DNA of 64,000 bases from Planctomycetota bacterium. GTDB taxonomy: Bacteria > Planctomycetota > UBA8108 > SXIK01. Where the stretch lies: positions 4,640,001 to 4,704,000 of the forward strand of contig OZ244999.1 in NCBI GenBank assembly GCA_965223265.1, read 5' to 3'. Every line of letters starts with the position of its first letter. Within the stretch, counting starts at the first letter, position 1. Both the position numbers and the translations under genes were made by a program. Shown in pieces: positions 19,665 to 29,570 of this stretch. The notes beneath the pieces were generated by a model. It worked only from the letters and a program-made list of their open reading frames with translations, did not search any database and had not been told where the DNA came from.

Positions 19665-20936
19665 TCAATCCCCCGACCCGATCTTCCAAAGATGCCGGTC
19701 GCTGCGCACAAACAGCGCACCGCCGGCTGCAGCAGGCGAGCACAGGATCGTCTCCTCGAGCGCACACTCGGCGATCGTCCGACCTTCGTCGTTGAGGTCG
19801 GCGATTTGGCCAACGCCATCCTCGTTGAACGCGTAGAGCAGCCCGTCCGCGACAATGGGCGTGCCACTGAACGGGCCCTTGAGGCGCGCTCGCCAAACAA
19901 CATTTCCGTTAGCGACGTCACCACAGATCAGAATGGAGCCGCTGATCGTGTACACCCGCTTGTCGTACACAATCGGACTCGCCGTCGAGACCTTAAGCAA
20001 CTTCGACTGCCATGCGGGCTGCGGCTCCCCACCGGGAGAGTTGACGTCGAGCGCCGTCAATCCGCCGCCAGGAACAAAGAGACGATTGCCGGCGACCGTC
20101 GTCGACGGGATACTTGCACCTCCGACGTCATAACGCCACAGTTCGTTGCCGGTGGCCGGATCGTGGCCTGTCAACTGCGTTGACTGCAGCACCAACACGG
20201 ATGCCTCGCCCTTCGGGCCAGCGATCGCGACAGGAGACACCCAGTTCGCCTTCGCCGGGCGCGGAATCTTCCAGCGGTTCAGTCCAGTGACTGGATCCAA
20301 ACCAGCGGCGAAAGAGTTGCTTTCGTTCTCGACTTGGACGACGAGAGTGCCGTCGATCATGAGCGGCGATGATGTCATGCCAACGCTGTTGCTGGAGTGC
20401 GGATAATCGTGTGTCAAGCCGCGCAGCCAGAGGAGGTTGCCGTCGAGATCAAGGCAGATCAAATCGTTGCTGGAGTAAAAAGCGAAGATGCGTTCACCGT
20501 CGCTAGCTGGCGTTGGTGCAGCGACGCAAGTCTTTGGATGGCAAAACGTCATTCCTGTCGCCCAAAAGCGCCTCTCCCAGCGCTTCGCACCTGACGCTCG
20601 ATCGAAGCAAAGGACATGCAGGTGCTCTTGACGGACGCCGCTGCTCGCGGTGAGGACGACACGACTTCCGATGACGAGTGGGCCAGACAGCCCGCGGCCC
20701 GGGAGCTCGGCCTTCCACGCAATGTTCTTCGCTCGATCCCAGGTGCGCGGCAAGTGCTCGCCGACGACGACGCCGTTGCTGCGCGACCCGCGAAACTGCA
20801 GCCAATCGCCAGCGACGACGGGCGGTCCCGGCAACAGCATGGGGAAGAGCAGAGTCGCGGCGATGGCCCCGACTACGCGGAGTGTCTTCGGCTGCGCAGT
20901 GTTCGACACGGTTGTCTCGGTGAAATATCGCATCAT
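19665..20936 (-). CDS. PQQ-binding-like beta-propeller protein (BamB-like, planctomycete type)
   Basis: Signal peptide then DWLQFRG..NG, NIAWKAELPGRGLSGP, AAPTPASDGERI, SPAAAGGALFVRS. Confidence 0.88.
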   Translation of the reverse strand: MMRYFTETTVSNTAQPKTLRVVGAIAATLLFPMLLPGPPVVAGDWLQFRGSRSNGVVVGEHLPRTWDRAKNIAWKAELPGRGLSGPLVIGSRVVLTASSGVRQEHLHVLCFDRASGAKRWERRFWATGMTFCHPKTCVAAPTPASDGERIFAFYSSNDLICLDLDGNLLWLRGLTHDYPHSSNSVGMTSSPLMIDGTLVVQVENESNSFAAGLDPVTGLNRWKIPRPAKANWVSPVAIAGPKGEASVLVLQSTQLTGHDPATGNELWRYDVGGASIPSTTVAGNRLFVPGGGLTALDVNSPGGEPQPAWQSKLLKVSTASPIVYDKRVYTISGSILICGDVANGNVVWRARLKGPFSGTPIVADGLLYAFNEDGVGQIADLNDEGRTIAECALEETILCSPAAAGGALFVRSDRHLWKIGSGD

Positions 20937-22168
20937 TCGCCTCCCTGCGCAGCGGTTTCCTCGTTCGATGGCGGCGCAGCGTCCCCAGCGTCTGCATCGC
21001 GAGCCAGTGGGGATCTCGTCTGCGACAAGATCGCCGTCCCAGCGCTATCGCAGACGCGGATTTGAAACTGCCACTGCTTCGTCCAAGATTTCACGAGCTC
21101 GTTCTGACACACCTTCAAAAGAACATCGTTCTTGCCAGCTCGCAGGCGAGCTCTCGCCCGGTAGTGATCAAGCTTCGTGCCGTGATGGTACTCATCGCGC
21201 TCAAATGCGAGCTCGCCATTCACCCATAGCTTGAAGGCGTTCTTCGAGCCGATGCGCAGCTCGACGTCACGCTCTTGATCGCTCGTAAACTCGTGGTAAG
21301 CGTATCCGGCGACTCCCTTCTCCGTGACCAGCGCAGCATTCAAATCGACGATGCCGTAGTCATCCTCGGTGACGTAGTCACGCCAGCCGATTTTTCCCGA
21401 CTTACCGTCATACTCGGCGTCCAATCGAATCTCCGCCTCGGGCGGGTAAGGCGTATTGAAGCCGCGTTTGCCGCTGTTGTCGAAAGGACCGACGACTTTC
21501 CAGCGCATGAGAAACCCATAGTGAAGGGGCAAGTCGACCGTCTCCCCGTAACCCCGCAGGCGCTCCACGATCAGCTTCACCTGATCCTCGTCGCGTGCCC
21601 CACCCAAAGCCTCTCGGTAGAGGGACACGGCCGCAGCTTGCGCGGCCGCTTGTGCATCGTCCTGCTCCTTCGCGGCGCCGAGGAGTCGCTCGACGGCATC
21701 GCGCCGAAACTCGACACTGGGGTCGTGGAGAAGCCTGGGAACCCAGCGCTCGCGTGCACCAGGATCGACGCGCAAAAGCCAGCTATAGGCGATCCGACGC
21801 GCACGTGGTGAGCGCGAAGTATCCGCGAGGAACGTCTCCAACTCTGCCTTCGGCAGCCCACCCTTCGATGTCAACGCGCGCTCCGCGATGGCGTCAACGG
21901 CACCGCGGATCCAGTTCGCAGCCAACTCATGTTCATCGTCCATCGCACCGAGGAGCACCGGCAACACGGACGCATCGAGTTGGCTGAGCTGTCGCCATGC
22001 CCGCGCAGCCTTCTCATTGCCGCGCCCTTCGGCGCCGACGTTCTGCAGCTCGGTCAAGAGTTGTCGCGCCTGGGCAGCCACTTCCGTCGGCTCGGGCGCT
22101 GCCGAGACCGCGGACGTCAAAAACCAAAGCACGCCACCGGCGACGCAAGCACGTGAAGCCATCAACAT
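20933..22168 (-). CDS. Secreted HEAT-repeat-like protein with C-terminal beta-sandwich (PA14/carbohydrate-binding-like) domain
   Basis: ATG 22168 after AAGGA; signal peptide; helical repeats (LLHDPSVEFRRDAV); WKVVGPFDN..YPPE, GSKNAFKLWVNGE, LRAGKNDVLLKV; overlaps the PQQ gene by 4 bp. Confidence 0.72.
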   Translation of the reverse strand: MLMASRACVAGGVLWFLTSAVSAAPEPTEVAAQARQLLTELQNVGAEGRGNEKAARAWRQLSQLDASVLPVLLGAMDDEHELAANWIRGAVDAIAERALTSKGGLPKAELETFLADTSRSPRARRIAYSWLLRVDPGARERWVPRLLHDPSVEFRRDAVERLLGAAKEQDDAQAAAQAAAVSLYREALGGARDEDQVKLIVERLRGYGETVDLPLHYGFLMRWKVVGPFDNSGKRGFNTPYPPEAEIRLDAEYDGKSGKIGWRDYVTEDDYGIVDLNAALVTEKGVAGYAYHEFTSDQERDVELRIGSKNAFKLWVNGELAFERDEYHHGTKLDHYRARARLRAGKNDVLLKVCQNELVKSWTKQWQFQIRVCDSAGTAILSQTRSPLARDADAGDAAPPSNEETAAQGGE

Positions 22169-22285
22169 GAGAAAAGTCCTTTCGATGGAGTGTGAGACGG
22201 GCATTCTATCCGCTCTGTCCCTCCCGCCGCAGCGAAAAGACCGTAGGCGTCGCAGCAAGGCACGGTCCGGCGCGAAGCACACGGA

Positions 22286-22491
22286 CTCCAACGTTGCCAA
22301 AGCGTGGCGCGTCCCGAGGCGTTTCTGTCGTCAGTGTGCGGCGTCCGTCGCTGGCGTTTGCGTGGGCGTTTGCGTGGGCGTGGCGTTTCTTAAAGTGGCA
22401 GGCACACGCCGTGTGCCGTCCGATCTTGCGGGAGTCGCAGTCGCAGCGAGCGTTTGCGTGGGCGTGCGGACTTTCCGCCTCCGCCTCTGTC
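22286..22491. repeat. Mosaic intergenic repeat, locus 2, including REP-like palindrome GGCACAC-GCC-GTGTGCC (22401..22417)
   Basis: CTCCAACGTTGC.AAAG shared with 19385; GCGTTTGCGTGG repeats; TAAAGT..CACACGCC and CCGTCCG.TCTTGCGG.AGT shared with 19252..19340. Confidence 0.6.
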
Positions 22492-22514
22492 AGCCACGAA
22501 TCGTAGAACAATCC

Positions 22515-25500
22515 TCACTTCGACGCACACGTCGTGAACGCTTCGCAAGTGAGAGTATCGACCGTTGGATCCATCTCACAGTCCGTCGGCTCCGGGAGAG
22601 GACCGTGACTCGCGAACAGATGGAGTAGCAGGCGCACCGCGTCGCTCACCGTCAAACGGCCATCGTCGTCGGCGTCCGCGCTCTTCGCACACGGGGGCGT
22701 CTCGCCGCGGCGAAAAAGATAGCCAAGAAGGCTGACTGCGTCGTTCAGGTCAACCTCGCCGTCGCCGTCGACGTCTCCACGACGAAAGACGTCCCCCACC
22801 ACCTCTTGCCTGTCGAATCCGGTCGCGATCGCTTCACCGACGACACTTAGCATCTCGTCGAAGTACGTCACCCGCGGCGCATCGAGACCGCCGAAACCAG
22901 CTGGGTTCGGGGTGGCAATCTCGACGATCCGAACAGCCGCAGACAAGCCGGGGAGCGAGACCGGCGGTTCAAGCACCACCCAGTAACGGGCGTCGAGGTT
23001 GTGACGCTGCGCAGCGTAGACGAGCTGCCAGTAGTCGGAGACGACCCTGTTGTGGCCGTCGAGGATCAACTCTGCGCGCTGTAGACTTGCTGGACCCGTG
23101 AGCACCAAGTTCTCCGACGGCAAGAATCTCTCGACGAGTCGGATGTGAGAATCTCCGTCGAGGTCTACGTCCAGGTGCCACAGCGGCAGCAACCCTTGCT
23201 CGCACGAGGAGTACGTGACGAGCGGCTCGCCCCCAACAGCTCCCTCCATCACGAGATCGAACATCAGGTACGCTTCGTCGAATACAATTGTCGGGTCAAG
23301 CGCGACTTCACCCCGGCCGCGAAACGCCAGGTCGAAGATCTCGACATCGAATCGCTCGCCGCCTGGAATCCTGAAAGTCTGCGTGTAACTAAAACGGTAG
23401 ATGGTTTCGCTACCGCCGGACGGCACACGAGTGAGCTCAAAAAGCCCTGGCTCCTCGGCGCTGAGCTCGAGCTGTTCCTCTCCGAAAACCACCGACTCGA
23501 TGAGATCGGCCGAGAAAGACTCGGCGCCGGTGGGCAAGTCGAACGAGCCCGAACGCAGGGAAACCTGGCTCTTCGTTTGATACTCGACAAGCGGCGCGCG
23601 CCCGGGCCGCCCGGTGGGAAACATGCCGCACACCAGGGTCTCTGTGGGGATCAGGAGCTCGAACTGCGGGGTGGGCACAGAACTCTCCGGAATCAAAAAC
23701 GGACGCACCTGCTTCACGGCCAACGCCCCGTCAGGCTCGATCTTGAACTCGAAGTCGAGAAGAACCTGATCGCGGGGATGACCGGCAAGATCGAGAGGAA
23801 ACTCACGATCGACGTGTGCCATCAGTTGACCGAGCTCTCGCAGCTGATCGTCACTGAGCACGGTCTCGCCCGGCTCCACCAAAGACGAGCTGCGCTCACG
23901 GATGATGCGGACCACCGTGCCGTCCGCCATCTCCAGAAGATTTCGCTCCACGAGTGTTCCAGGCGCCGGGCTGACGACGCTCTCCTCGCCGATCTGCGCG
24001 GTGACGACGTAGCGTTTGTCGCTGGCGCGGCGAGGATTGCCAGTGAATGCGACGCCGTTCGCCACCTCGTCGAGAAAAGCTCGGGTCACGAGGATGCCCA
24101 TGGCCGCTCTCTCTGGCGGGATCTGAAACCAACTGCGCTCCTCGTGCGCGCGAAACGTCCACAGGCTGGTCCAAACCTTCTTCAGCGCCCGCTCGATCGT
24201 TCGCTCGTCGTCCCGAAGTGGATCGCAATGAGACCCATCCGGCGATGCCGGGTCGAGGGTGTCGTCAGGACAAACGGAGGTCGACTCGTAGAGCCCGGCT
24301 CCGTTGAACTCGAGCGCGTCCTCAACGTTGGAAGACGAACGGTAGCGCACCATGGTTGCCGTCGATCCAAAGACTTCACGGCTCCGATCGATGAGAGCTT
24401 GGACGAGAGTCGCATCGACCACCCCCTGACGACGCACCAGCTGGCGAAACGCATCGAGATTCTCGAAGCGAAGCTGCGAGTCGCTTTCGAATCCGGGCTG
24501 CGTCAGAACGTCCGTGAGATGCTCTTGGTAGGTCTTCTCCTCGCCGCCGATCGCGATCTTGCCTGCCTGCATGAAATCGACGTAGTAGTGCATCGGAATC
24601 GCGAAGCCCGACGCGCGATACGAAGCGTACGTGCCGCCGAGCACATCCTGCAAGCGCGCAAAGTTCGTCGCCTTGCCGCCAAAACGTGAAACTGCGGACT
24701 CATCGAGAGACATCTCATCGAGCGCGTCGAGCTGGCGATACGCCGCGTCCACCTCTGGCAGCTCAGCAAGACTCGGCCTGATTTGCGACCAGAACGCCTC
24801 TGCCTCCTCGCTCGTCGCCGGTTCGACAAAATACTCTGTATCGAATACCTGCAGCCGCACGAGCTCGCCCGCGCGCGGCGCCAAAGCCTCGCGCGCGTTC
24901 TTCACAAAGGCGTTGGGAGTCCCGCGCCGGGCCGTGCGTACAGCAATGTGGCTCAAATCGCCCTGAATCGCGCCTGTGATGACGCCACCGACGACGCCTT
25001 CAATATCCCGCGGCGCTTCGTCGATGACGAGGACGTCCTGAAACGTGAAGAGGCCCTTCTCGTTCGCAGTTTGAAACTCCTCGAGGCTCAGCAGACGCAC
25101 ACGCCCGAATCCTGTTCCGGTGGTGTAGGCCTCGAAATCAATTTGCGGTGTCTCACCGAAAAAGACATCGAATGGAGGGTTCGTCCAACTCTCGGCGCGT
25201 CGTTTTTCGAGCTCTGTGGCGGGCTGATAAGCGAGCGGCTCGAGCTCAAAGGACGCGCGGAGCGTCTCGTGGACATACCGCACCTCTTCGAGCTCGAGCA
25301 GTTCTGACACAGCGAATCCTGTGTCAGCGACAATGGTGAATGCATGGAGGAGTCGCGTTCCCACACGGTGCTGAAACAAAACCCCGACGTAGTAGTCACG
25401 AGTCGCACGGCGGCCGACGAGGGCGTTGTAGAAGTCTCGATCTTCTGGGAGCGACGGGAAACGATCTGGAAACGCAGTGGCGAGAAAGTCCTCGTGCAGC

Positions 25501-27938
25501 TGGAATCGATTGACGTTTTGAAAGAGCGTCGGCAAGAGGGACGGATCGAAGCGTGCTGGCAGAACGTACTTCGTGGCCCGCATTGCCGAACCAGACGACG
25601 AAGCGTCCGCCGAAATTCGTACCAGGTCCGCCTGTGTGCAGATGCGCTCGAGCGAGCTGCCGGGAAAGGTTTGGTTCAGGAATACGGTAAAGTCTTCGGA
25701 GAGGTGATTGGCGCTGACAATGTCGACATCACCGTCTCGGTCGAAGTCTCGACCGAAGACGCACCGCGGCCCTATATTGCCGACGGTGAATGGAACGGAT
25801 TCTTCGAAGGTGCGGCCGCTGACGTTGAAAAGAATCGACACACTGTGGTCCAGTTGATTCGCCGTGAGCAGTTCCAGTCGACCGTCGGCATCGAGGTCCG
25901 CACAAGAGAGCGTGAACGGCCGATCGTTGATGGTGAAATTCGCCGCACTCTCAAACGCATTTTCGAACGCATCCTGCCCACCGCTGCGGCCTCGATTCCA
26001 GAACACGGAGACGCTGCGGTCGGGATCGTTCGCCGTGGCTAGGTCGACATATCCGTCCCCATCGATATCCGTCGCCTCGACAAATGCTGGGCGCCCCGGT
26101 ACGGGTCGTCGCACGACTGCAGCGAACTGCCGCTCACCCAGATTGGCGAACAGCGCGACGTCGGAAGAGCCGCTGTTTGCCGTTGCCAGGTCGAGATCAT
26201 CGTCGCCGTCAATGTCGCCAAGCGCCGAGGCTCGTGTACCACTTCCGACGCGCAACTCGGTCTGCGGCCCATCAAAGGTGCCGTCGCCACGATTCCACAG
26301 CACCACGACCTTAAACGAAAACGTCGCGACGATGTCCACGTAACCATTCCCGTCCAGATCGCCCGCCGCCACGTGACTCGGGCGATCGACAACCTGATAG
26401 ACCGTGAGATCGAAACTCGCGTCACCGTCGTTCAGCAGTACTGAGACGCGCGCATGGCTCGGGTGGACCGACACGATGTCGAGATCGCCGTCGAGGTCGA
26501 CATCCACAGCGACGACCGAGAAAGAGAAGAGCCGCACCGCTTCGGGCGGGTCGTAGCTGCCGTCACCCCGGTTTCTGAGAATCGAGATGACTCCACCAGT
26601 ATTGTTCGCTGAGACGATATCGAGGTCGCCATCGCCGTCAAGGTCCCCAACGTCGGCGCCGTGAGGGCGCCCGATGGCGTCGTAGGCGTGGCTATCGAGC
26701 GGAAAAGTCCGGCGCTCCGGACCCTCGTTCCAAAGGATCTTCAGATTCGGCCCGAAAACCGTAGCCAAGTCGAGATCGCCGTCGCCGTCGAGATCTTCCG
26801 CAGCGAGCGCCGTGGAGCGCGGTACATTCCCTTCCTGCAAATTGAGCACGCCGACGCGAAACGGATCGGTCCCGCCGGTCGAGATCACCGTCACTTTGTC
26901 AGCGTCTCGATGCCCGAGGATCAAGTCGACGTCACCGTCGCCCTCAGCGTCCTCGGCGCGCAGCGAATTCGGCCTGCCGTCGATCTGAACGAACATCGGA
27001 TCGAGCAAACCGCCAAGGCCATCGTTGAGAAAGAGAGCAGCGCCCTCCGGCGTCGCCGCTGCGACGTCAGGCGTTCCGTCCACATCAAGATCCTCGACGA
27101 TGACCGAGAAGGGTCTACCGCGAGTGACCTCGTAATCTACGTGACCAGCGAAGAGCGACTCATCCTGGCTCGAGAGCACCGTAAGGTTTGAGGAACCGGC
27201 GTTCGAAACGACCAGCTCCGCCCAACCGTCACCATCGAGGTCGCCGAGGGCCGCGCTGCTTGGCTGCGCCCCCACCACAAACGATTGGGGAGCCAGAAAA
27301 CCACCATCACCGTCGCTCTCGAGGAGTGTCACGGCGTTTTCCTTCGCATGCAGCACGATGACGTCAGACGTGCCGTCGCCGGTCACGTCGCCGGCAACCA
27401 GAAAAGTTGCTTCGTTGGAGAACTGGACTGTGCGCGGTTCTCCCAAGTTTCCATCCGGCGCGACTGGACGTACAGTCAGCCGCGAGTCTTGCGCCACGAG
27501 CAGTTCAAGGCTGCCATCACCGTCGAGATCCGTTGTCGTCAGAGCAGCAAAACCGGCACCGATCGAGAACTCAGTGATCGGTGAAAACTCACCCGCTCCG
27601 CGTCCCGCGAGCACGGCGACGGCAGAACTGCCGTCAGCACGAAGGATGCCCGTCACAAGATCAAGCGCGCCGTTGCCGTCGAGGTCTACGGCTTCGATAG
27701 CGCGCGGGAAACGCCCCAAGGGGAAACTCTGCTGGCGGCTCCCGATCTTGATCGGAAGTCCGTCGCACTCGTCAGGAATCTTGTTGGCGTTGCAGTCGAG
27801 GCTAAAGCCGCTGGCAAGATCCGTCGCATCCTCGATGTCGTTGCCGTTACAGTCGATGCAGTTTCCGATGCGGGCGCAACTGACGACAAGACACGAGACA
27901 CCAAAAACCCACCGTACACTTTCCTTCGGCAAGTTCAC
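22515..27938 (-). CDS. Secreted FG-GAP repeat protein with phospho-His swivel + PEP/pyruvate-binding (PPDK_N-type ATP-grasp) domains and C-terminal dockerin-like domain
   Basis: GTG start after GGAGG; DCNxN..DECD N-terminal motif; ~700 aa of FG-GAP repeats; GGVITGAIQGDLSHIAVRTARRGTPNA; GGKATNFARL, GFAIP, RYRSSSNVED..FNGAGLYES, MGILV, NGVAFT, DFEFK..VKQVRP; FRRGDVDGDG..SADADDDG. Confidence 0.85.
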   Translation of the reverse strand: MNLPKESVRWVFGVSCLVVSCARIGNCIDCNGNDIEDATDLASGFSLDCNANKIPDECDGLPIKIGSRQQSFPLGRFPRAIEAVDLDGNGALDLVTGILRADGSSAVAVLAGRGAGEFSPITEFSIGAGFAALTTTDLDGDGSLELLVAQDSRLTVRPVAPDGNLGEPRTVQFSNEATFLVAGDVTGDGTSDVIVLHAKENAVTLLESDGDGGFLAPQSFVVGAQPSSAALGDLDGDGWAELVVSNAGSSNLTVLSSQDESLFAGHVDYEVTRGRPFSVIVEDLDVDGTPDVAAATPEGAALFLNDGLGGLLDPMFVQIDGRPNSLRAEDAEGDGDVDLILGHRDADKVTVISTGGTDPFRVGVLNLQEGNVPRSTALAAEDLDGDGDLDLATVFGPNLKILWNEGPERRTFPLDSHAYDAIGRPHGADVGDLDGDGDLDIVSANNTGGVISILRNRGDGSYDPPEAVRLFSFSVVAVDVDLDGDLDIVSVHPSHARVSVLLNDGDASFDLTVYQVVDRPSHVAAGDLDGNGYVDIVATFSFKVVVLWNRGDGTFDGPQTELRVGSGTRASALGDIDGDDDLDLATANSGSSDVALFANLGERQFAAVVRRPVPGRPAFVEATDIDGDGYVDLATANDPDRSVSVFWNRGRSGGQDAFENAFESAANFTINDRPFTLSCADLDADGRLELLTANQLDHSVSILFNVSGRTFEESVPFTVGNIGPRCVFGRDFDRDGDVDIVSANHLSEDFTVFLNQTFPGSSLERICTQADLVRISADASSSGSAMRATKYVLPARFDPSLLPTLFQNVNRFQLHEDFLATAFPDRFPSLPEDRDFYNALVGRRATRDYYVGVLFQHRVGTRLLHAFTIVADTGFAVSELLELEEVRYVHETLRASFELEPLAYQPATELEKRRAESWTNPPFDVFFGETPQIDFEAYTTGTGFGRVRLLSLEEFQTANEKGLFTFQDVLVIDEAPRDIEGVVGGVITGAIQGDLSHIAVRTARRGTPNAFVKNAREALAPRAGELVRLQVFDTEYFVEPATSEEAEAFWSQIRPSLAELPEVDAAYRQLDALDEMSLDESAVSRFGGKATNFARLQDVLGGTYASYRASGFAIPMHYYVDFMQAGKIAIGGEEKTYQEHLTDVLTQPGFESDSQLRFENLDAFRQLVRRQGVVDATLVQALIDRSREVFGSTATMVRYRSSSNVEDALEFNGAGLYESTSVCPDDTLDPASPDGSHCDPLRDDERTIERALKKVWTSLWTFRAHEERSWFQIPPERAAMGILVTRAFLDEVANGVAFTGNPRRASDKRYVVTAQIGEESVVSPAPGTLVERNLLEMADGTVVRIIRERSSSLVEPGETVLSDDQLRELGQLMAHVDREFPLDLAGHPRDQVLLDFEFKIEPDGALAVKQVRPFLIPESSVPTPQFELLIPTETLVCGMFPTGRPGRAPLVEYQTKSQVSLRSGSFDLPTGAESFSADLIESVVFGEEQLELSAEEPGLFELTRVPSGGSETIYRFSYTQTFRIPGGERFDVEIFDLAFRGRGEVALDPTIVFDEAYLMFDLVMEGAVGGEPLVTYSSCEQGLLPLWHLDVDLDGDSHIRLVERFLPSENLVLTGPASLQRAELILDGHNRVVSDYWQLVYAAQRHNLDARYWVVLEPPVSLPGLSAAVRIVEIATPNPAGFGGLDAPRVTYFDEMLSVVGEAIATGFDRQEVVGDVFRRGDVDGDGEVDLNDAVSLLGYLFRRGETPPCAKSADADDDGRLTVSDAVRLLLHLFASHGPLPEPTDCEMDPTVDTLTCEAFTTCASK

Positions 27939-28013
27939 TCGAGCCCTCCCGTACCGAATCGTCCGTTCGCTGTTGTAGCGCCGACCTCGTCGTCCGAGAA
28001 ACGACCGTGCTTT

Positions 28014-29129
28014 TCATCCTGCCGCGTCCCCCCAGGCCTGCCTGAAAAACCGCAGCGCGTTGGCGTGCAGAATCCCGTCGACGTCGCTATCCGAGACCCC
28101 CGCATTTTTCAAGACCGGGCCGAATCCTTGCAGATCTGCGATCGTGTCGACGTCGGTCGGCGTCAACTCAGCGCCGAACCCTCCGTCCATGTCGGTCCCA
28201 ATCGCAACGTTCGCGAGCGATCCACCGGCGAGCTCGGCGATGTTCTCCATGTGAGGAATCAAGCCGTCCATGCCAAGTCGACCTTGCCAACTGTCCTTCT
28301 CAGGTCGGCTCGCCCAGTCAACTTGTGGGTCCATGAAAAACTGACAAAACACCAACCCGATGATGCCATCGCGACGCACGAGCTCGCGAATCATATCGTC
28401 GGTGAGATGGCGCTGGCCGGGGACGATCTTCCGACACATGCAGTGCGACGCCAGGATTGGTCCATCCCAGAGATCGAATGCCTCCCAGACTGCCTGATCC
28501 GCCATGTGGGTGATGTCGAGAATCATGCCCGCTTGGCGCATCGCTTTGAACAGCGCCTTGGCGGGTGGCTTCAAGCCTCCCTCCGTCTCCGTGCCGTAAA
28601 TGTACGTGTTGTGCCCAAAGTGGGCCGGACCGACGACCCGCAGTCCTGCGTTCCACCAGAACTCGACGTCATCAGGGTCGGCAATCGGGTCAGCGCTCTC
28701 CATCGACAGGATGTGATAGATCGGCGTCTGGGCGCTCGGATGCGACCACGCTGCAACCGCCTCGTCGAGGTCGGCGAGCGAGCGCACCGCCTTGATCTCA
28801 CCGCGCGCTGCCATCGTCTGATAGTATGCGAGGTGCCCGCGTCCCATGGCGATCGCTTGCTCCTGGGTCCGCATGCCGTCTCGTCGCCGGCGCTGTCTCG
28901 GCTCGATGCGCGACATGATCGTGCTGAGCATGATGCCGACGCTGCCGCGCCGCATCTCCGGAAAGGTTACGGTGCAGCGACCGACGTTGATATCGTCGGC
29001 GACTTGCGGCGTCTCCTCAGCTTCTTCTTGAGCGCGGACGTCCTCCGCGGTCATCGTCAAATCTCGATTCCAAAAGAGCGCATCCCAGGCGAGGTCGAGA
29101 TGCAGATCAACGATGAGAGGCTGACTCAT
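28014..29129 (-). CDS. Membrane (renal-type) dipeptidase, peptidase M19 family
   Basis: IVDLHLDL, LSMESAD, LDITHM, ILASH, VAIGTDMDGG, ILHANALRF; ATG 29129 after GGAGA. Confidence 0.88.
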   Translation of the reverse strand: MSQPLIVDLHLDLAWDALFWNRDLTMTAEDVRAQEEAEETPQVADDINVGRCTVTFPEMRRGSVGIMLSTIMSRIEPRQRRRRDGMRTQEQAIAMGRGHLAYYQTMAARGEIKAVRSLADLDEAVAAWSHPSAQTPIYHILSMESADPIADPDDVEFWWNAGLRVVGPAHFGHNTYIYGTETEGGLKPPAKALFKAMRQAGMILDITHMADQAVWEAFDLWDGPILASHCMCRKIVPGQRHLTDDMIRELVRRDGIIGLVFCQFFMDPQVDWASRPEKDSWQGRLGMDGLIPHMENIAELAGGSLANVAIGTDMDGGFGAELTPTDVDTIADLQGFGPVLKNAGVSDSDVDGILHANALRFFRQAWGDAAG

Positions 29130-29373
29130 GAGATCTCCGTTCGTGCGTCCCTGTCGTATTGCCTCTACACTGGCGTTCTCGGTTCGATAGATCAAGCCCT
29201 ATCAAGTCGCGGAGCAGTGGTTGTCAGCCGGATGCCGAGCCTGGTCGCCGCCCACCTCCGGAGTCGGAGCGCTGGCGACCTTGGTACCGAAGGATTGGAT
29301 TCATAGTCGAAAGACGAGTCGAGCGACTTGCGCGAATCGCCGCACGAGCAAGAGAGCTTCATCGTAGGGTTAA

Positions 29374-29429
29374 CCGTTGAAAAAGTCATTCGGCCGAGAA
29401 ACTGGCCTCTTCACGCCCAGATCGACCGC
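29374..29429 (+). mobile_element. Truncated left end of the ~160-bp MITE
   Basis: CCGTTGAAAAAGTCATTCGGCCGAGAAACTGGCCTCTTCACGCCCAGATCGACCGC is nearly identical to the left end of 43544..43702. Confidence 0.8.
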
Positions 29430-29570
29430 AGCGAGCCACGCGAAGACCGACTCGGGACGACGCCCGGCTCCCAGCCGGGCCCGAAAAAAACAACGGGCAA
29501 CGAAACCGGCACTTCGGGCTCTCGTGCCGTCAACCTCGAGACGCTATACTCCTGTCGCAAGGAGGACTCC

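Noticed and set aside
19262-19924. 220-aa ORF with RRQDQRQR repeats
   Set aside because: Overlaps the PQQ gene out of frame; the low-complexity peptide comes from the intergenic hexamer repeat.
23145-24689. 514-aa plus-strand ORF
   Set aside because: Antisense shadow of the dikinase-domain region.
29328-29570. N-terminal extension of the DUF1080 ORF
   Set aside because: It reads through the MITE fragment; a strong SD and lipoprotein signal start at 29571.
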